A DNA stretch of 49,216 nt, counting the filler, from Sphacelaria rigidula (lineage: Eukaryota), in assembly GCA_964200075.2 (NCBI GenBank). It is 2 parts of 2 records of this genome, joined end to end, with 100 filler letters (N's around TTAATTAATTAA, not from the genome) between each part and the next. Parts side by side here need not be neighbours in the genome. Positions count along the whole stretch, not along the records: positions 1 to 24,574 come from CAXNAA020000197.1; 1 more part is not named here. One strand, 5' to 3'. Below the pieces are notes generated by a model. The model searched no databases. It saw only the letters and a program-made list of their open reading frames with translations, and was not told the DNA's origin. Below are positions 1 to 11,000 of this stretch, one piece after another. Position 1 is the first letter of the stretch. Each line of letters starts with the position of its first letter. The position numbers were made by a program, and so were the translations under genes.

Positions 1-57
<57 letters not shown>
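1..57. repeat. (TAA)n microsatellite
   Basis: Seen directly. Confidence 0.95.
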
Positions 58-60
<3 letters not shown>

Positions 61-1043
61 TAAAATGTCTAACTTGTAACCACACTTAGATTCGTAGCGG
101 ATAACTTCAAGTACGACGATGAATGAATGAGTGAACGAACGAATGAATGAATGACTGAATGACCGACTGAAGGGATGAAGGAATCAATCAAAAAGACAAC
201 TGAATCAATTGGTCATAATTCTGTAACTATCTCTGGGTTAAGGTAAACTCTTTCGAAGTAGCTCGCCCACCTCGATGACACCGGTGACGGCCTGACCCAT
301 CCAATCATGCACCTGACCGAACTGCCCACTCCTCCAAGTCCTCACCAACCTAAAAAGATGCCAAGATGCCGATGATATGATTATTCAATCTTAATAAAAT
401 CGTACTCGATTATTCACTTGTGATGCTGACGACGGCGGCGATTATTCGGACTTTGTTATATCAACTCATCAGTTGGTCTATGGCGGCGAGTGTATCAGTT
501 GCCGACTATCGTTGCAGTACACTTCAAGACTAGGGTTGACATATGCAATCAAAATCGACGGTACGAGCACTTGTCATAATCCAGTAGTATCTGTCAAGAA
601 AACGCCAGCTCCTGTCTCCTGTTCGGCGAGAGACTTGCGTTGGGTTCGGTCGGGTCGTGGTTGGTTGAGTTGAGCAGCCTGGATGAGTGTTGTAAGGAGG
701 TAAACTGATCAAAACGCTGATTCCCCTACGCTACATGGCCAGTCTGAGCTGTGGCAACTAGTATCATAGTACCTTGTGCCGAAAATCCACTACATACAGC
801 GGTGTCGACGGTGAGTTTAGTCTGTGTCGTGAAAGTAAATACAATCATGGCGCGTGTGCCAAGTCCACTGAGCCATGGGCAGAGAGCCCTAAAACCAGTA
901 GCCAGGAGAATCAACACACCTCATACCTCACGCCGGTTAGGGTTGCCCTGGATGGGAAATGACTTTGTGCCTGGCCGAGCGCCTTTTACTTCACTACGTA
1001 AGCGAGTTGGTTGTGCCGTCATCATGATGGCATCTAAGCAACC

Positions 1044-1089
1044 GCTAGAGCTAGAGCTAGAGCTAGAGCTAGAGCTAGAGTTAGAGCTG
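1044..1089. repeat. (GCTAGA)n microsatellite
   Basis: Seen directly. Confidence 0.9.
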
Positions 1090-1129
1090 GCTAACTGCCG
1101 TGAGACTCCCACGCACCTTCCTACGCCTC

Positions 1130-2087
1130 TTTTTCGAGCACGATGGAAAACTTATAAAAAACACGGGCGATATTCAAAATACGCCACGAGCAAGAGGCAG
1201 TCGTGCCGAGAGCCCCCGGATGGGATAACCGCCATCGTTGGCGTAACAGCGATAGCAGCAACAGCCCACGAGGAACCCAAGATGGCCGAGAGAGTGGCCC
1301 GCTTCGCCCCTAATAGGCGGGGGAGGCGAAGGTAGCACGGACACGGATATACCCTCATATTTTCCTATCGACTGTTCACTTCTTTCCTTGTGACTTCCGC
1401 GGTATTCCCTCCCTGTCTTCCTGCCAGCGTTTCGCTTTCTCTCTGGGCACCTCCTCTCTCTGAAGTTCCCTACTTGTGATTTCCTTCTTTATCCGTCTCC
1501 CTTCTCACTCTCTCACACTTCTTTTTTCTTTTTCTTCTTGTCTTGTCTTGTCTTGTCTTGTCTTGTCTTGTCTTGTCTTGTCTTGTCTTGACGTGTCTTG
1601 TCTCGTCTTGTCTTGTCTTGTCTCCAAGCTGTACTCTACGTTTCGTGCATCGCTCTCGCAGGGATCATGAATATGGATCCCTACCCAAATAATGCGTTCC
1701 ACGAATAGCTTAGTCGCACTCTGCTTCCACTGGCTTGTTCGTCTCATTCAGTATTTTATCTAGCGGCCTCCTCACCGGGAGCTATATGGTAAGAACTTGC
1801 CGGGATTTTCCCTTTCTGGGAACCTTTTTCTAGATCCTAGCCTGGCGCTTTACTCCTTTCCGTCTTGTACCCTCCTTCCCTTTGTTGTCCTACTTCCCCT
1901 TCTCCCTCTTTTTCCTCGTCTTCATTTCACTATCTTCGTTCTCTCCTTCATTTCCGTCTTCCTCCTTCCCCCACACGTGTCCGTTTCTTCACCTTGGGCT
2001 AGGTACGTCTGTCTATCTCCTACAGAAAATCCGCGGCCAGATAAACAGCAGATCAGTTAATGTACGTCAGCCATTCAACCATTCAAT
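1130..2087 (+). mobile_element. Possible LINE 3' end (short ORF tail, pyrimidine-rich UTR, CCATTCAA repeat tail)
   Basis: ORF ending ..ATAHEEPKMAERVARFAP.., a long CT-rich stretch, then CCATTCAACCATTCAAT; inferred from architecture only. Confidence 0.3.
1536..1622. repeat. (TCTTG)n microsatellite
   Basis: Seen directly. Confidence 0.95.
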
Positions 2088-2589
2088 ACAGATATCGCAT
2101 GTCGTCTATCCATTCACCACAGCTCTTGTTGACCTTTGTTATACGTCGTAATAATAACAATAAATCATATATCCTCCGGTGCGCAGAAATCTGCCGTCAA
2201 CTGCGTACAGTTTGCACTAGCATTCCTCGTAGCATGTCCACGCTTGTCTCGAAAGGCAGATGGGCAAGCCTCCATCTACCACATTTACGAGAACTGAACG
2301 CATGCTAATTTCACTTTGCATACATGCAGTACCACACAATCCTCTGCATTAAAAAAAAGTGCTTTCTGCGGCCTTCCTTTCCTACCCACAGAGACCTTCG
2401 ATTATTCTATTTGTATCAATCGATTCTTGATATCACCAAACACCGGAATCAAAACATGTTTCCATACGCCCGACGCCACAAGCATCGGATCGAAAGTGCG
2501 GTACACCTACGGATTGACGTGATTTTGCACCCGCTCACGTCTCACGTGACACACACTACGCTTGAAGTGCGTAGTCTGCCTATCGTATC

Positions 2590-2690
2590 ACCCCGCACCC
2601 CCGCAACACGCCGCGACACCTGGAACACCCCGCAACACCCCGCCGCGTGAAGACAACAATCCGCAACAACCCGCAACAACCCGCAACATG
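2590..2690. repeat. ~10-bp ACCCGCAACA minisatellite
   Basis: Seen directly, degenerate. Confidence 0.7.
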
Positions 2691-2875
2691 CCACGCCATC
2701 CTGCTGTAAAATAATATACATATGTGAACTGTTCGTCGGCAATTCACCGGCACGTAATAGCGGCTAGAACATATGGATTCAGATGATGCGAGCGAAACCT
2801 CAACAGCACAGGTCAAAACATTTTCGCACTGTGGGGAACTTCGACATGCTACATGAAAGTTTTCATGATCCATTT

Positions 2876-2910
2876 TTGTTGTTGCTGTTGCTGTTGCTGT
2901 TGCTGCTGTT

Positions 2911-2951
<41 letters not shown>
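2876..2951. repeat. (GTT/GCT)n microsatellite
   Basis: Seen directly. Confidence 0.95.
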
Positions 2952-3602
2952 GTATCACATTAGCCCTTTTCCAAAAATTTATCGCCAGTGGTCACCAAGT
3001 TAAGGTATAAAATTACACAATACAAGGTGAAAGACAAGTAATACCTCCACGAACATGAAACCACCGCACCCCGAAGGACGGGGTCCTACACACACATCGA
3101 CGAAGAATAAAGAAAAACATGAAAAACATACGCGCGGCTCGAGGGACCCAAAAACTAGACTATATATGCACATGTATCATTTGACGCTTTTCACCAATTT
3201 TGCCGAGTTTTCTCTAGCGGCAAGGCATGTTTCCCGCGCTTTTTGTGTTTGCAGCGCACTAAGAAGGCTCAGCGGCACATTACCGTTCAGGTTTGGGTGT
3301 CATCTGATACCTGTGGCGCGTGTTCTGGCCACCGAAAGTCGCTCAAATTGGTCCTTTTTCGCGGGGTGTTGATCCCGAACCACAAAAGCCTTTTCAATAT
3401 CATGGAAACTTGAGACAAGAACCCGAACCACAAAAACGCCTGTTGAGGATCTTTTAACAAGATTACTTCTGGCAAGATATATATATTTTCCCCGTGTTTC
3501 TCTTCGTCGCGTTCTCGTTCATTTGGGAGCACGGACACACCAGGTATGCCGCCAATGTCACGAGAACATCAGAGCAAAGTAGTTGAAAACAATTGAACAT
3601 TG

Positions 3603-5315
3603 CAAGGTTGTGTTCCGTAGGGTACGGGTTTCTGTATACCCGGGATATTTCGCCGGGTATTTACTATACCCGACGGTGCTGTGACTTTTGTAGGACTTTC
3701 ATACCGGTACCCGACAGTTCTGTAACCTCTGTAAGACTTTCATACCCATACCCGATAGTTCTGTAATCTCTGTAAGACTCCCAAACCGTTACCGGGGGGC
3801 ACGGGTACGCTCTTGATAAGACACCCGATTGAGGTCACGGTTTTCTGTGTAACCTCCATACCCTGCCCGACAGTTTCCGTGAGTTATGCAAGCCTCCCAT
3901 ACCCCTACCCGACAGCGCTGTGAGTTCTGTACAAAATGTTTCACCGTACCCGGAGTGCGGGTATGCTCTTGAAAGATACCCGATTGCCGGTACCGGATTT
4001 CTGTGAGCCTCCCATACCATACCCGACAAGTTCTGTAATTTCTGTGAGACTTTCATCCAGTACCGGTACCCGACAGTTCTGTGAGCTCTGTAAGCCCCCG
4101 ATACCTCCACCCGGGGTTAGGGTATACCGTTATAGATATACCCGATTGCAGGTATGAGCACAGGTATATACCTTGGGGAGGCACGGATATAGGTTCAATC
4201 CAAACACAACCTCATGACCTGAACATGTACCTTCCATCGATCAACCCACCCAACTCCTTCATTCAAAACTGCAAACCAACAACAATTCAATGTTGAAAAG
4301 TTCTGCAGTTTGGGATCTGGCGGGATACGAGGTACCGCTGAGTGGAAACACGAAACATGAGCAGCAATGCAGACCGTCAGAATGGATCACCCGCAGACTC
4401 GAGTGGTGACTCGAGCGGGGACGGTTCATCTGCGCCACCAGGGGATCAAGTAGCAAGACGCATGTCATCGACGTTGATGGTGGTTGTGTGGTGGTCATCA
4501 AAGCCCAGGCCGTTATCGACATGTACGGCACAGAGCATGAGCTACCACCGAAAGTTGTCAAGGCCATCGGCGATTTTGTCGCATACCGAAGGGTTTCCAG
4601 AGAACGGGCGGCCGTGAATGCTCCTTCATATACTCTCTGGGAGTGTACGTGAAGCCGATAGATATTGACGATCCCATGCGCATGTACTACTGCGATTGTT
4701 CGTGTAATCTTTCTCTATCAACCCCGTGAAGCCATTCAGAGTTTCCGTGAACTGTCATCTTCTGTATTTTGCCACTGTTCTAGTGACGTAGGTCCCATCA
4801 CAGGGGTGATGATAATACCAAGGTTGTGTTATGTAGGGGACGGTTTTCTGTATACCCGGGGTATTTTGCCGGGTATTTACCGCACCCGACAGTTCTGTAA
4901 ACTCTGTAAGACCTTCATACCCGTACCCGATAGTTCTGAGAGTTCTGTAGGCCTCCCGTACCGTTGCCGGGGGGCACGGGTATGCTCTTGATAAGATACC
5001 CAGTTGCGGGTACGGTTTTCTGTGCAACCTCCATACCCTACCCCACAGTTTCTGTGAGTTCTGTGAGCCTCCCATACCCTTACCCGACAGTTCTGTGAGC
5101 TCTGTACCAAAACTTCATCCTAACCCGAGGGGCGGGTATGCCCTAAACGAGCTACCCAATTGCCGGTACCGGTTTCCTGTAAGCTTCCCATAACGTACCC
5201 GACAAGTTCTGTGACTTCTGTAAGACTTTCATACCGGTAACCGACGGTTATGTACGTTCTGTAAGGAATCTCATACCCTACAGAACGTACCCGTACCTTA
5301 CAGGACACAACCTTG
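3603..5315. mobile_element. Composite non-autonomous hAT-type DNA transposon (two minisatellite-bearing arms plus internal cargo)
   Basis: Left end CAAGGTTGTGTTCCGTAGGGTACGGG; right end reverse complement CAAGGTTGTGTCCTGTAAGGTACGGG; perfect 8-bp TSD GAACATTG at 3595-3602 and 5316-5323; arms about 3603-4175 and 4819-5315 are built of ~41-bp ATACCGGTACCCGACAGTTCTGT.. units. Confidence 0.85.
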
Positions 5316-5784
5316 GAACATTGCCTTGGCCTTAGTCAGCACCAAATACAAGACCGTGCAATGGGCCGTTGGCGAGTTGAACAAGGCACAGCAGGACGGC
5401 AGCACAGCAATGTTTAGCCGGAAAAACTAATCACCCTGTTTTTAAGAAAAGCCCGATGATGTGGAAGCCACAACAGTTATGTACAAGGAACATGCCAAAT
5501 TTTCGGGAGTGCCTCCCGCTGTTATGTATTTGTGGCACGAGAGCTACTTCGCACTCTGGCACCTCGGAAATACCACTCATACATGTCCTACGCCGGCGGT
5601 TCCGCCGTCGATCTCCGTCCGAACTCCCATATTTGCCGAACGACGCCCGATCACACATGCGATGTTCACCACAAACACGATCACTACTGTACATTGAGAT
5701 ACAACAGTAGCTTCTCTTGACCATATATTTTCGACTTGCGTCACTCCCGGGAGGCCCGTGCGAACGTCCCGAAGGGGAACCTTG

Positions 5785-6117
5785 TATATATATATATATA
5801 CTATTTCTCGCACTTTGAACCCCTCTCCTTCCTCGGGACGAGCCTGTCGTCTACTAGTCACTAGGGATCAACCCATCACCATCTCCCCCCGGTACACGCC
5901 TTGCATTTTGGTCTCGGATTGGATCATGACTACCAGCACTCCCGCACCGCGTCAACTCACGTCAAACAGACTCAGTCCACTACTTTGTTTACTCACGCTC
6001 TCACGCTTTCCACGGTAGAAATCACACATTACGAAGAAAAATCCCAACGCATACGGAATCGAACCTCCGTTCTCTCCACCCTGATGGCGACAGTCGGACC
6101 ATTACACCACCGAGGCG
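5785..6117 (-). mobile_element. tRNA-derived SINE (copy with head)
   Basis: Minus-strand A box TGGTGTAATGG (6109-6099) and B box GGTTCGATTCC (6065-6055); body shared with copies at about 9640-9790, 14840-16113, 24760-24860 and 46961-47180; (TA)n at the 3' end. Confidence 0.75.
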
Positions 6118-6680
6118 TGGTGGCGAGAGTAAAAACAAAAATCGTCGGCTACAACGTACGCAGGTCACAAGAGGCAAAAAAGTCTAAACAGGGAAGCTAC
6201 ATAGGTCGGGATACCGAACAGATCAGGGCAGGGCAAGGTGAGGTGAGGTAAGGCACGGTAAGACGACGCGACAAGGGCCAGAGAGTGACAGAACCCAACA
6301 TGGAGTCTACAAGACGGGACGAAATTCAGGAAATACTTTTAGCCAAGTACCACGGTAAAATTATCAGGCCTATATACACGACCCGTGTCTTTTGCCCACT
6401 GGGATTTTGTTCACAGGTGGTTATGGATATTGCGTGCGCTACAACCGAGTACACGACTCCAGCATGAGCTGTGGCTTTGATATGCGCACATCAACGATGT
6501 GGGCATGTCCGACAAACGCTCGATGGACTGACCGTCCGATGGTGTACGAACAGTGCGACGTGAGTTATAGTACCGCCGCTTTGCAATGGTCAAATCAGCG
6601 AAGTTGGGGCACGCCTCGGTCCCGGCCTCCCAGCCGAGGCTGCCTGAAAACGACAGAACGCAGGTGTTTACTTTGGGTAT

Positions 6681-6928
6681 GGCACTTTCTACGATAGCCC
6701 GCCCCCAAAACCAGCCCGAAACTGTCACGGAGAAAATGGTCACACAGCGCTTGATACTTGGTTTCTGGCTGCATGAAGCGCCTCATGTGGGCGACAAGGG
6801 CGAAAACGAACGCAAGCGTTAGAATTCCCAGCTGCTCGTTTTACCCGGCGTTTCCCATTTCGGGTTACGTGTAGATTTTGCCTCCCTAAACCAGCCACTT
6901 TTTGTGGGGGGGCTATCGTAGAAATGTC
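6681..6928. mobile_element. MITE family A, copy 1
   Basis: TIR GGCACTTTCTACGATAGCCC / GGGCTATCGTAGAAATGTC; body homologous (inverted) to 37822-38074 and 44634-44875. Confidence 0.8.
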
Positions 6929-7790
6929 GCATGTCTGTCTTGTGATCACGGACACGTTCTAATGTTTGATGTCCTCGGTAATCGGGTCATGTGCTACAAA
7001 AAATCAACCAGCCATTCAACCAATCGATAACATCTTTGGGCGCCAACATCTTTGGACGCCAACACCTCGACAGCAACGTCATAAACATACGCCATGAACT
7101 CAATGTGTTTCTTGTGCGGCAGGAAGGCCAACATCGAGCGCTTCAGTATTGCCAAGATCAATTCAGCTAAATCATGTAAAGCGATAAAAAGAAAAGAACA
7201 CCGCCAAAAACCTCGATGGCGGGTGCTTTGCGTTCGAATGCCCTCCCGCGCTTTCGAATTCTGCCGTGCTCTGTTTCACGCTTTTTTTTAGCGGGGAACA
7301 CACAACCACCGTACAGTCATGCGAACGTGTTCGACTTTCTACCCACATAGTAGTAATAGTCATACTATGCTATCAGCGTGAGGTACCCGCGCATCCCGCC
7401 GTTATATCCTTGCAAATGATGTGTGTTTTATCACAAGCGAAGGGTAACCTCTAGCCACCGCTTTTTCGTGTATAAAGCCAGCAAACCAGATTGTCACACA
7501 TTAAAAATTTGGCACGGGCATCGTAACGTAGGCCTCTTACTTTTCATCATTGCGTGTTCATCTTGCTATCGCAGCGTAAGCGCCCATTTACATTGTGTGC
7601 ATAAACACGAGAGCCTCAAGATGCGTTGTGGTCATGGCATGAACGCTGTGCAAATCAAAATGAGCCCACAAAGCATAGGATACGCCATTTGAAGAGCTCC
7701 TTCAGTGACCAAGATATTCGTTGATTTGCACTGAAGCACGGTGACCATAAAACCAACCCTGATGAATGTCTCTATAACATAAATAATTGT

Positions 7791-8057
7791 TCACCTTTGT
7801 TGCATCCTGTGGTTCGACCGCCCCCCCAAGGCTCCCCGCAGAGCTTTCACCATTTCCACAACACCCCCCTTCATGCCATCTCTCCCCATAGACGCCATTT
7901 GCTTAAAATCCTGTGCCATGCCCGACATACCGCCACCCCCGCCAGCTGCAACGCTACCACGCCCTTGTGTATTAGCATATGCTGCTCGATCCGCAATCGC
8001 TGCCGTGCACACACCCTGCACGCCTCCGTGCTTCAGCTGTTTGGTAACATCAGCGAT
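7791..8057 (-). CDS. K+ channel exon 9 (probable last or penultimate coding exon)
   Basis: CAG|IADVTKQLKHGGVQG...GGRSNHRMQQR*; the stop overlaps a donor-like AG|GTGAAC. Confidence 0.6.
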   Translation of the reverse strand: MADVTKQLKHGGVQGVCTAAIADRAAYANTQGRGSVAAGGGGGMSGMAQDFKQMASMGRDGMKGGVVEMVKALRGALGGRSNHRMQQR

Positions 8058-11000
8058 CTGTTGGAGCGGGCGGACCGCCGAGAACGTGGGTAGGTGGGGG
8101 GGGATCCATGTTCTGGTCTGTGAGACCCTTGCCCACGCGTTCCCGAGAGGAGGGGGTCGCAGGGATGTGAAAGATCAGCCGACATGATTGCGTTGAGGTC
8201 ATGCATTTTCTTAGCGTATTTTCTGGGACAAAGAATACTTGGGTCACTTGTAGTGGTCTTATATTTCGCTAAAGCGATCGAGTAAAACCTCTTTTCCATT
8301 CACATCACATGAGGCCCTGCTACTCAGACCGACGGTCGGAAAGGTGCGTAATTATATTAACATGTCCACGTTTTCACGGAGTTGACTGCATATGAACCAA
8401 ACCGTCACTTTTTGCGGGTCACCTTCAAATCTATGAGGCATGCCTTCTTGAGCTTAAAGCCCTCTTTTGCTATTGTTTCCGAAGCCATCGCCTCTCGCAG
8501 CGCCTGTATGACATAACAACAGAAATCATCATAAACGCAACAACAACAACAACAGCGAAGCAGAGGCAGCAGCAGTCAGGGTTGTCTCAACACAACTAAT
8601 CACACCACACAAGAGCGGGAAGCTCCAGCCACGGAGACATGAGATGAACCCGCGTTCGATGCATCTAGGGGAGGTTGTGCCTGCGGTCACAACCGACCAA
8701 TAGCACTGACGCTGTATCCACTAGCCTCGAAATATGAGGAGGGGGGGGCGCGGACACCTGTTGGATCGTCGGGACCGAGTACTGTAGTCATGTGTACCTT
8801 CCGCTTGGCTTATCTGGTCAACATATACAGCACTGACTTGAGGTGTAGGGTGGGTGTACCACTGGCTGGACAGTCAAGGTTTGCACCTTACAGAATATGG
8901 TCTTACTTGTACTATCATCTCAAGACATTGTGGTTCCATTTCCGACCATCGACTACAGGAGTACAGTGTCGTTCATTGAGGAAGGTGATAGCGACCAGGG
9001 TACAGCTGTAGGTTGGTGCGGCACGCTGACTTTGACAGGCGCGACAAAGCGGATAAGCACGACTTTACCACACGTGTTATTGTACCATAACCGAATGACG
9101 ATCATGCGCATGCACCGGAGGTTTGCTTGTCCCGATGCAACGACTTGACTCCCGCAGCATATCTAGCTTGAGCATCTTATATCAGCAAGCTTCAGCCATG
9201 AGATATTCGAGTATTTGTAGCGTGATTCGTGTATTAAAGTGTAGTGCGGACAGCATGTGCTTAGTTTGTACACGCGTCATATTCTCTCTCTCTCTCACAA
9301 CTCATCCTTTTTACGTCCATGTGTTCTCGTCTACTGGTGGACCATGGGTTTAATTTTTTATTCGCTGATTCGACTCATGCATCAACACATATACAAGCTT
9401 TGAAATTGTAAATGTAAATTTAAATGGTACGGACATACACGATTCAAACTCTTGCCACGCCTCTTGGTGATCAATGATGTTCACAACCGAACCATGTCGC
9501 GCCTATCTGTGCCAAACTGGTGCATCTACAGCACATCAATACTACGTTTGGTACATTCTGTGCATTCGATGCTGATGGCAGAATCTCTTTTCCTGGTTTT
9601 CGTCTTCCGAAAGTACGAGAAAATTGGTTGCGGAATATGAATGAAACTCGGTGAAAATGAAAGGAGTGTGCAAGTGGTGAGTCCTGAGCCACACTCGATA
9701 CTGAAGAGCGAGGCGAAGATCGGGGGAGGGTTGGGTTGATCCCCGGAGACGACAGACTCGTCACGTGGAAGACGGGGAGTTACGAGTATGACAAAAATAC
9801 ACACGACAGAGCGGTCTCGAACGTTTCTGGTTATCGACGTTGGACACGTGTTAGGCCGAGTATCTAGAATATCTTGGCTCATCAAAAATGTCGATTCATC
9901 TGGAATGTTTTGCTCATGTACAAAACAATGACGTGTGGCATGAAGTAAATTGCGACGCTCTCTTGTCAACTTCTGCGCTTTCCTCATTTCGATAAGTATA
10001 TTCTCATTTTCACCTGGTGGAACACTAACCACGCTGCAGGCACAGAAAGGGCTTCACCTTCGTTTTCGGCTGCAAGATACCAGATTCGGTGATTTACTTA
10101 TTGTTGTACTGTAACCGACCCCCGAAAAATCCAGCCGCGGCTATTACGGTCATTATCCACAAAGGTAGAGGTACTCAAGGAATACAAAGCGTAAGTACTC
10201 ACTCGCCAAAGGAAACTTGACAGGGGAGAAAGACAGAGAAGTAGAGTACATGAAGACCCAGCATATGGAATAAACTGAATAGAAACAAGAGATAAACCAA
10301 AACCGGAGAAAGAGGAAATGAAAAGAACGGTGAATCAAACGACAACAACAACAACAACAACAACAACAGCAACAACAACAAAGTCCGAGATAGATCTACG
10401 ATAACACCCATCCCGATCCAAACAATAGTGGTGACAAAAAGACCGAGATAGATCCAGCACTCCTGATCAAAACACTAGTGGTAACCCCAGTGATCCTGAT
10501 GTAGACAGGTGCTCAACGCTTCGTGCACAACAAGACGTGAAGTCGGTCTGCGGCTGCGTTTTCTTTTATCGACACAAACGCGATCGTGCCAATCGATTGA
10601 GTGTTGCTCTGTGCCGTCACCTCTTGGTGAAGTGTCGCGGTCTTCTCCATGCTCTGGCGAATTTCCGGACACTCCTCCATGGCCAACATGAGATCCAACT
10701 GATCTAACCACATCAGATCGCACTGCCCAGCAGCCACAAACGTTGCCTGCGAAATAGACCAGAGAGTTGATGCAAAAACAAAAAATACGAGTGCACAGCA
10801 CTTCGACACGCTTCGTATGAAAATTCAACAGCGGGTTCAACACGGTCATCTTAGGATTAAGAAAACACATATACTCGAACCGTTTGGTTGGCAAATGGCG
10901 GAATCAACGTTTATCGACAGGCACATTCTATCGGATTTTGCGGGGTGTACGCTTAACCTATCATTACTGACGACGTGTCTCTGTTCAAGTGGTAGCGGTA

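Noticed and set aside
751..1335. 194-aa ORF with (EL)n
   Set aside because: It is a chimera across a GCTAGA microsatellite with no recognisable domain.
3701..5290. CRISPR-like array of ~41-bp repeats
   Set aside because: The units are degenerate tandem copies without unique spacers, inside a TIR/TSD-bounded element in eukaryotic DNA.
6045..6117. tRNA gene on the minus strand
   Set aside because: A and B boxes are present, but there is no proper acceptor or anticodon stem and it is joined to a dispersed repeat body, so it is a SINE head.
9526..10032. 168-aa minus-strand ORF as an extra channel exon
   Set aside because: It runs into a SINE fragment, and exons 7 and 8 join sensibly without it.
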